Notes under the pieces: generated by a model
What the model saw: only the letters and a program-made list of their open reading frames with translations
Database searches by the model: none
Told to the model about the DNA's origin: nothing
Position numbers and translations under genes: made by a program
Shown: positions 55,101 through 64,000 of the stretch, piece by piece
Layout: each line of letters opens with the position of its first letter
How positions within the stretch are numbered: position 1 is the first letter of the stretch
NCBI GenBank assembly: GCA_047967505.1
Contig: CM106538.1
Direction: 5' to 3' (one strand)
Length of the DNA: 64,000 nt
Source of the DNA: Dipteris shenzhenensis
Lineage: Eukaryota

Positions 55101-55466
55101 GAGAGATCACCTACTCTGGGGGAAATTGATAGCAACCACATACAATGACATTGCTCACAATATTAACCCTCTTCTTTGACACTAGGATAGCATGAGGGCA
55201 GCATGAGGCACCTTGACTCCATGCACCTAAATGTGGATGCCTCTTCATCACAAATGTGTAAACCTATTTTGCATTAAGTGCCCCATTTTCATATATTGAA
55301 AATGAGATCAAAGTCATGAAAAGAACCAAGCAAAATAGAGAATAGAATGTATTTCATTTAATGGAAGTTATCAAGAAAATAAGCGGTAGCCTACACTTGT
55401 TCCTATTTTTAAATCTCCGCTAACTTCACGGATTATATGATAGCATTGTATTACATGATGCTTGTT

Positions 55467-57295
55467 CTACATATCAAATGGAATGCTATTATAAACAGCT
55501 TCATACACTTCAGAGGACAACACATATGTTCTCACACGTCCTTTCCACTCCATTGGAAACTTGATAGCTCTGACAAGGTGGGACTCAATGAAGACTTCAG
55601 GCTCCAACCTCAAAAGCCTGTACTCATATGGATTTCCTTGAGTTTGCTTGTACCAAAATTCCCTGACCACAAATGAGCCTTGACCACAAACATTCCCCCA
55701 TGCATCTTTAAGGGGAACATTTGTCTTTTCCTTCCCCTGTATGCATTTTAGAATATAGAAATCCACAAGCTCATCATTGTCAAGAGGAGCTATAACAGCA
55801 AAATTATCACCAACACAAAGTGCATCACTCAAGGCATCATGATGTCCTTCAAATGTTGGATCATTAGTTTTGTCCTCATCTTCAATGATATTCTCTGAGG
55901 GTTGTAGGGTAACATACTCCCAAAAGGGCACGTGTGATGTATTGAAACACCTCTTCCATTTTCCCTGTATGCACGCACTGCAAAAACACAAAAATTTCTT
56001 GCACCTTAAAGCTATTCCATTTGTTAAAGAATAGCCCGACACACAATGCAACTCACACAAATTAGGCACATCTTTACAATCCCAATTCTTGCTTCTATCC
56101 ACATCACCTTCCTTGATTTCCCAAAACACTCGGGTAACTGGTCAAGCCTTTGAGGGGTATGTGGCATCAGCCCCTTTGGACAATGTCTCTCTTAGAAATA
56201 ACACCACTTCCTTTGCACATTGGAGCTTTCCACCATTTGGCTTTAGCTGTCATGGGTGAGATGCCTTTTAAGAATAACCCCTATGCGATTGTGTTCACGC
56301 TTTCCATGTTATGAACCAAAAAAATTATGTGTCATTTTCATTCCTGTCATTGTGGCATATCGAGCAACGAAGTAAAAAGGCCTCTTTGCTTTGAACTATG
56401 AGGCTTCTCCATCTGACCACACCCAATGTTCATTGACCTGAATGCCTTGATCTTTTAGCCATTTATAATGGAGCATAAAGCAATGTTGAACAAAAAGAGT
56501 GTCATGCGTCCTATCATCGGATATATAAAAGTGATAGTATTTGTGGACAATGCCTACAATATGCACATACGTAATTTGGACAAAGATTGTAACTTGGTTG
56601 GAGTGCCAATGCATGGATTGGATCCTGTTTTGTTCTTTGAAAGTGTAGTTTTTTGCAAAATCCACGATAGATACCACCACTTCTTCGGGGAAGTGAACAA
56701 GACACTCCTTGAATTGCTATGCCTATCATCTATAGACAAAGTTATGATTTATAAACTTGTTCAAGTGGTTCTTAAACATTACCAAAAGCTCCCTGCATTG
56801 CATCTCTTTGAATGAAAGAACTTTTCTTTTTTTCTTTTTTCCATCAACTGTGGTTCCAACTTAGACATCCTCAAATATCTTTATGGACACTGTATGTGTA
56901 GTAAATGATTCCTCCCTTGGGCAACATGCCTTTTTTCCTACTCCACATGAAGAGCATTGTCCCATTAAGCACTTAAGGGCATGGTAGCTAGCACAGATTG
57001 CTTTTGGACATATTCCTAAAGTTATGCCAATGAAAGTTTTCACACGTGCATTGCAACTATCACCTGAACCACAAAATTTCACATCTGCATTTGCACTCTG
57101 GTCCATGCACACCAAAAGAGACCTGTTGTAAGTGGATTACAGCATCCTTCAAAAAAGACATCTGCACATGTGTGATGTAGCAACAAGTGTACCGATCCTT
57201 AAGCTTGCACACAAAGTAGGCTTTGACTTCTCAAAGGCCCTTTGGTGAATCTGTACCTTCGAGTGGCTCTACTTGAAGGCAAGAAAGAACTCCAC
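55467..57295 (-). pseudogene. Sola-like DDD transposase, element C, downstream exon
   Basis: TAG|VEFFLAFK..IHQRAFEK, CLMGQCSSCG, IVDFAKNYTFKEQNRIQSMHWH, ISDDRTHD, VWSDG, HNFFGS*HGKREHN, CFCSAC, and a 220-aa C-terminal ORF ending at 55467. Confidence 0.8.
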
Positions 57296-57367
57296 CTACA
57301 TTAAACATATTAGTTTGTTAGTACTAGTTAAACATATTAGAGAATACCTACCATTGTTCTATTAGTG

Positions 57368-59740
57368 GCAAGCAGTTGTAGTTGGGATGTACCACTATGC
57401 TAGTGCCTCCAACAAGCACACGAGTAGCTACAGTTCTATCATCCAAATTAAATATCTGCAACCTGAATTAAGTGCCATGTATTGAGTGAAAACACGTACT
57501 CAATCAATGTAGCTGATAAGTTTTTTTTTAAATAAGCGTTGAATCTTGAGTGCACCATGGTCCATGCACCGTGGTCCGTCCAATGATGTTTAATCTGATC
57601 ACCTTTGGAGATGTACAGATAAACCCTTTGGTCGCAAGCAGTTGTAGTTGGGAAGTACCACTATGCTAGTGCCTCCAACAAGCACACGAGTAGCTACAAT
57701 TTTATCATCCAAATTGAATATCTTTAACCTGAATTAAGTGCCACATATTGAGTGAAAACACATACTCAATCAATGTAGCTGATGAAAGCATCTTGTAAGT
57801 TATTTTTTTTAATAAGCATTGAATCTTGAGTGCACCATGGTCCATCCAATGATGTTTAATCTAGTCGCCTTTGGAGATGTACAAATAAACCCTTTGGTCA
57901 CCATACTTCAAAGCTAAATTTGTTCTTCATTACTAACTAAATTGTCTTTTTGGGTTATGGCTGTTGTCACTCAGTGGGGCAGCAAGTAGTAGCTTCCACT
58001 TGAATAATTTCCTCACTTAATGGTAGCAAGTGGTAGCTTCCACTAAAATAATTGCCTCGCTTAGTGATAGCAAGTGGTAGCTTCCACTCAAATAATCAAA
58101 GTACCTGATGAAAGCATCTCCAAATTTACATTTTTTAATAGGCTTTCATTCTTGAGCACAGCATGTTCCCTCTAATCATGATTAATATGGTCACCTTTGG
58201 AGATATATAGATAAACCCTTTGGTCACCACACTTCAAAGCTTGCCAACTAAATTGTATTCTTGAGTTAAGGCTATTCTCTCTGTGGCAACAAGTGGTGGC
58301 TTCCATTGAAAAAATTACCTCACTTAGTGGCAACAAGTGGTAGCTTCCAATAAAAGAATTGCCTACTACATGGTAGCTACCACGCAATCACACGGTAGCT
58401 ACCACATATGGATTCAATGGACTAGTAGCTCTCTTGGCATTATCAGTGGTAGCAACTGATAGCTACTGGTGGTAATTGGTAGCAAGTGCTACCAACAGCT
58501 GCGTTTTTGTTGCTCTAGCTTAGTGGCAGCAAGTGGTAGCAAGTGTTGCATTTCTATTGCTCTCGCTTAGTGGTAGCAAGTGGTAACTTGCACTCAAATA
58601 ATTGGCCACCACCCATGGTAATGGTAGCAATGGGTGCCTAATGACATCTATCATGCCAATTGGTGGTAGCAAGTGGTAGCTTCCTTTCAAATAATCAATG
58701 TACCTAATGAAAGCATCTCCAAATTTGCATTTTTAATAGGCTTTCATTCTTGAACACAGCATGTTCCCTCTAATCATGATTAATATCGTCACCTTTGGAG
58801 ATATATAGATAAACCCTTTGGTCACCACACTTCAAAGCTTGCCAACTAAATTGTATTCCTGAGTTAAGGCTATTCTCTCTGTGGCAACAAGTGGTGGCTT
58901 CCATTGAAAAAATTACCTCGCTTAGTGGTAGCAAGTGGTAGCTTCCACTAAAAGAATTGCCTACTACATGGTAGCTACCATGCAATCACACGATAGCTAC
59001 CACATATGGATTCAATGGACTGGTAGCTCTCTTGGCATTATCAGTGGTAGCAACTGATAGCTATTGGTGGTGATTAGTAGCAAGTGCTACCAACAGCTGC
59101 GTTTCTATTGCTCTAGCTTAGTGGCAGCAAGTGGTAGCAAGTGTTGCATTTCTATTGCTCCCGCTTAGTGGTAGCAAGTGGTAGCTTGCACTCAAATAAT
59201 TGGCCACCACCCATGGTAATGGTAGCAATGTGTGCCTAATGACAGCTATCATGCCAATTGGTGGTGGCTACTACTTGCCTACAGGAACAAGAGCACTCAT
59301 ACTTAACAGACATGGCAACTACTATAAAATTAGTTCTTAACCACGTACAAAGCTCCTACTTTATTATTGCTAATAGCACTCAGTAGCTAAGTGCCAGCAA
59401 TGGATGCCTAATGATAGTTACCAATTCGTTTAGTGGTGGCTATGATTTGGTACAACAATCACAAGACTCATAGTTAATAGATGTGGTAGCTAGTACTTAG
59501 TTATTACATAACCACCACTCTGCTCACTCCAACTTGAGTGCTACTGGTAGCACTTGGTAGCTAATCGCATCATTCAGTAAGTAGTCATAGCAATTCAGGC
59601 CATGGTAGCCATCATGTAGCTACCAAAAGGTAGAGCAATGATCATCTAACAACACAACAGTAATGAACATGTGCTTATTCATAGTAAGTCATAATGGTAG
59701 CTACCATGTAGCCAATGGTAGCTAACGTGTAGCTAATGAA
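57368..59740. repeat. Intronic tandem duplications (~265 bp x2; ~598 bp x2) rich in GTGGTAGC/GGTAGCTACC
   Basis: 57368-57630 resembles 57633-57900; 58070-58670 resembles 58670-59270 (near-identical ORFs at 58172 and 58770); all inside the GT-AG intron 59840-57296. Confidence 0.9.
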
Positions 59741-59840
59741 ATAGAACCTAAAACATCAACTTGTTCACAACATACCATAGAGAAGTAAGGAATGAGCTTA
59801 TGATTCTTAAAGGGATACAACCTGAAGGAATATCACCAAC

Positions 59841-60180
59841 CTGAGGCTGCTCAAGAAATGTTCTGGGTGTTTCCTACAAGTCTTTCTCCTTGTACGCTTT
59901 CAACAAACATCCTTCTCATTGGTCAAGACACATGTATTACTAGTCCAGAATGATAGCACTAACTCCTTCACGTCTTCTATAATTGCACCCTATATGCGTG
60001 GTTGTCATTCACACAAATGCAATGGTATCATCTCTTGACACATTCGAGATCTAGCAACATAGAAGTTCCTATGATGCACACCTAGAAGTCTTGACGCAAC
60101 CGCAATATTTGGCTTCCTAGCTTGGGCTTTGGTATTCATGACCATCATCATGCTCGCCCTCTTTAGAAACAACTCTTTAG
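59841..60180 (-). pseudogene. Sola-like transposase, element C, upstream exon (truncated by the copia junction)
   Basis: KELFLKRASMMMV..ASRLLGVHHRNF..RKHPEHFLEQPQ|GTTGG (donor at 59840). Confidence 0.7.
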
Positions 60181-63086
60181 AGTTGCATAATGTGCAGAGA
60201 GAAAATATGAGCATCAATGACTACCACGTGAAGGTGAAGAAGATTGTAGATGCACTTGCTTCTATTGGGTCGGCAGTGGAAGATGATGATTTAGTTTTTG
60301 TGACCTTGAATGGTCTAGGAAAGGATTATACACGATTCCGGACATCCATTGCCGTCCATGAAAATTTTCCTGATTTTGAGGAGTTGATTGCTCTTCTATT
60401 TTCTGAAGAGCAGAGAAATGGTGGTTCATCTTCTTCAAGAGGAACTTCAAAAGAAGCTGTCTTCTACTCAAATGCTGGAAGAGGTAGAGGCTGACATAGA
60501 GCAACCCAATTTGGAGGCTGTGGTAGAAATCATAATATGCAGCAAATTCAAGAAAGCCAGTCCTATGGAGGAGGACATGGTGACTTTAGAGGCAGGGGGA
60601 GCCAAAGAGGTCGTGGTGGATGGCAGCGAGTCCAAAATGCAAACAACAATGTTGAATGCTACCACTATGGTAAATGGTTAAAGACTGCTATAAAAAGCAG
60701 AATGACATCATGACTAGAAAATTGCAGCAAGGCAATTATGCATCCTCTAGTAGATAGGGTGATGACAGAAATGCACATCTATTTATGGTGTAGCACATGA
60801 CCAATTCTATGACAAGTGCAAAAGAAAGCAATGATGTGTGGTATGTTGACTCAGGTGCGTCAAACCACATGACAAGTTATGCAAAATGGATACAGGATGC
60901 AAGGAAAATGGAAAGACTAGGATTTGTGGAGACTGGTGATGATACTGCACATCCTATTGTGCAGATTGGTAAAATTCCTTTGTCTATGCAGGATGGAAAA
61001 AAGAAATACCTGTCTAATGTATTTCATGTCCCGAATGTCACCAAGAACCTGGTTTCTATTGGTCAAATGGTTGAGCAGGGCTTGCAAGTCAGATTTAATC
61101 CTCATGGATGCTTTGTTGAGGATATGAAAAATAAAGGTCGCTTGATAGCAAAAGGGAAGAAGAAGGGCAGGATGTTTATGTTGGATGCAGACATGCCTGA
61201 ATTGAGTGCAGCAATGTTTGCACATGGGACCAGTGTAGTTGTAGATATTGATATCTGGCATAAATGCATTAGTCATGTTAATGTACAGTGACTTAAATTA
61301 ATGCAGGCCCAAAATATTGTTGCAGGATTGCCTGCCCAAAATATTGTTATAGGATTGCCTAAGTTCAAGGTTGCAGAAATGCATAAGGTATGTGAAGCCT
61401 ATCAATTTGGAAAACAGGCAAGGAAACCATTTCCTAGACATGTTCAAGAGAGTAAGAGGCCATTGGAATTAATCCACTCTAATGTGTGGACTACTAAAGC
61501 TGTATCTATTAGAGGCTGTCATTATTTTATCACTTTTATTGATGACTACAGCAAAAAAGTTTGGATGTATTTTATGAAAAATAAAAGTGAAGTGTTTGGG
61601 CATTTCAAAGCTTTTAAAGCTATGGTTGAAAAAGAAACAAGCCTGCAAATAAAATGCCTAAGGTCAGACGGAGGGGGAGAGTACCTCTCAAATGAGTTTG
61701 CAAGTTTCCTGCAGGAGCATGCCATAAAGCAGCAGTATTCATGTAGTCATACCCCACAACAAAATGGACTTGCAAAAAGGAAAAATAGGCATATTGGAGA
61801 GGTATCTCGTGCCATGCTCAACGAAAAAGACCTGCTAGATTATTATTGGGATAAAGCAGTTGCTACAGCAGTGTACATAATGAATAGGACTCCCACTACA
61901 GCAATACATGGCATGACGCCAAAGGAGAGATATACTGGTAGGAAACCTGATATTTCTCATTTGAAAGTTTTTGGTAGCATTGCCTATGTTCATGTGCCAA
62001 ATGAGTTGAGATCCAAGTTGGATCCAAAAGCTGAGAAGTGCATCTTTATTGGTTATTCTCTGCATCAGAAAGGGTATAAATGCTATAACCCTTCTACTTG
62101 TAAGTTTATAGTGAGCAGAGATGTTGTTTTTGATGAGATGAGAAGTTGGTATAAACCAGTAAATGTGATTGATGATGTAGATGCACAAAATGGCTTGAAG
62201 CAAGCACCCAGAGCATGGTCTAACAAGTTAGGACAGTATCTGGTCACTATTGGCTTTCAAATTTCCAAGGCGGATTTCTCACTTTATGTGAGAAAAACAA
62301 AGAAAGGTATTATGCTATTTGTCATTTATGTTGATGATTTGATCATCACAAGTGATAGTGATGAAGATATCCTTCATGTGAAAATGCTATTAAAGCAGAA
62401 GTTTGAGATGAAGGATTTGGGAGAGCTGTGTTACTTCTTGGGCATTGAGGTGATTAGATCCACAAGTGGGATATGGCTCTTGCAGAGGCGGTATGGATTG
62501 GACATGCTGTCCAAATATGGGATAACAGGCTGTAAGCCTATTTCAGTTCCTTTGGAGCAGAACGTGAAGCTGAGCACAGATGCAAGTGAGCTTCTGAAAG
62601 ACCTACTATGCACAGACGCATAGTAGGAAGTTTGATTTATATGACTATTACCAGGCCAGATTTAAGCTATGTTGTTGGGTTAGTAAGTCAATTTATGCAA
62701 GCTCCAAGGAAACCGCATTTGGATGTGGCTAGACGCATACTGAGGTATGTGAAGTCCACATTGCAGTGTGGACTATTTTATGAGACTAAGGTTTAGATAC
62801 AGTTGCATGGATACACTGATGCTGATTGGGCTAGTAGTGTTTCTGATAGACAATCTACAAGTGGATATATGTTCTCTTTTGGGAGTGCTGTAGTCACTTG
62901 GAGCAACAAGAAACAACCTCCAGTTGCCTTCTCGAGCACAGAGGCTAAGTACAGGGGTGCAGCAATGGCTACATGTGAGGTAGCTTAGTTGCATAAGCTA
63001 CTTTATGATATGCATCAGCCTACAGATGGGCCAGTTTTCATTTATTGTGACAACATGAGTAGTATACACTTGGCAAATAACCCAAT
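60180..63086 (+). mobile_element. Ty1/copia copy C (different family), truncated at both ends, with an internal deletion
   Basis: gag MSINDY..TLNGLGKDY, PR WYVDSGASNHMT, INT LRSDGGGEY and TPQQNG, RT GLKQAPRAW and YVDD, RH GYTDADW, SSTEAKY and CDNMS; the RT N-terminal half is absent at ~62190; no LTRs. Confidence 0.92.
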
Positions 63087-63613
63087 CAGTATCCATGCAA
63101 CCTTGGATGACTTCCTCTGTATTCTATCCCAAAATATCTTATACCTCTGCTATATCTCAATACTCTTTTGGCTACATTCCAGTGAGACTATTTTGGATTT
63201 ACCATAAACTGTGCTAGGGAGCTTACTGCATAACAGATATCTGGCCGTGTCATAGTCAGATATAGAAGAGATCCGATGAGCTATCGATAGTACCTGTCAT
63301 TGACTATAGGCTTTTTTGAATCTTTTGTAAGTTTCAAACTATGTTCCATGGGAGTGGTTGCAATCTTGCAATCTACCATACAAAACTTCTTCAAGAGACT
63401 ATCAGCATACTTTAGTTGACTCATGAAGGTGCTATCTTAATCCCTCATGAACTCAATTCCAAGATAATAGTGCATAAGTCCAAGATCTTTCATGTCAAAC
63501 TCTATAGATAAGTCTTGTTTTAGCTTTTTGATGAAGCTATCATTGCTTCTAGTCACAATCAGATCATCTACGTACAAAATTGCAATAGTAATGTCTTCCC
63601 CTTGAACTTTGTA
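63087..63613 (-). mobile_element. Fragment of copy-A-family copia RT, inverted
   Basis: Reverse complement of ~9078-9605 (YKVQGEDITIAILYVDD...GSHPRLHGY). Confidence 0.88.
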
Positions 63614-64000
63614 TTAGAATGAGTCTTTCCATAGTTTTTATGTCTCATAGTCTAATGATAAATATAACTCATATGTTTTGTCTTGATTTTAAATTTAAGC
63701 AATTATAGCTACCATGATTTATGAACTCAAAATTAAATTTTGTGAATGTTGATAATTAGGCAAAATTGACCCTTTGCACATTCACTAACATGTTAAATAA
63801 GTTCCAAACTCAACCACACCTTGTATACTTCTTCAATATGATATTATGAAGTAGCATGAGTTTTAAGGGGACCTAACATCATGTAAAATATCAAATCCAA
63901 CCTTATTTTAATTGTTGGTCAGGTTGTAATTCATGCTACTTTCAAGATCCAAGGATTAAATGATATCATAGGAATCTTCAAAGGTCTAAATTATACTTAG

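Overview
Repeat-rich land-plant nuclear DNA; a non-seed plant such as a fern is a guess from the TE content and is not proven. It holds one intact host gene, a 4-exon PAR1-family secreted Cys-rich protein (minus strand, 15832-16964, 176 aa). The rest is nested, decayed transposons. These are three Ty1/copia copies plus a fragment, a left-truncated CACTA element, and a Transib/Chapaev-like DDE transposase relic with a convergent unknown gene. There are also three diverged copies of a DDD transposase with DFxENY/SDG/HGK motifs (Sola-like by my inference), and a 12.4-kb Mutator-like insertion with TIRs and a 9-bp TSD that splits one of them. Four things stand out. (i) Two Sola-like elements each have a convergent gene with a RING-H2 finger; in the more complete one it continues into a duplicated unknown domain and an FCP1/NIF-type HAD phosphatase domain, tied to the transposase by a shared GGTAGCTACC satellite. 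(ii) A ~700-bp-unit array inside the MULE has junctions that are ~400-bp palindromes whose 6-nt loops occur in flip and flop orientations, with signs of arm-to-arm copying. (iii) A RAG1/Transib-like catalytic core occurs in a plant. (iv) TE introns are filled with satellites built from palindromes. All family assignments come from motifs read by eye, without database searches.
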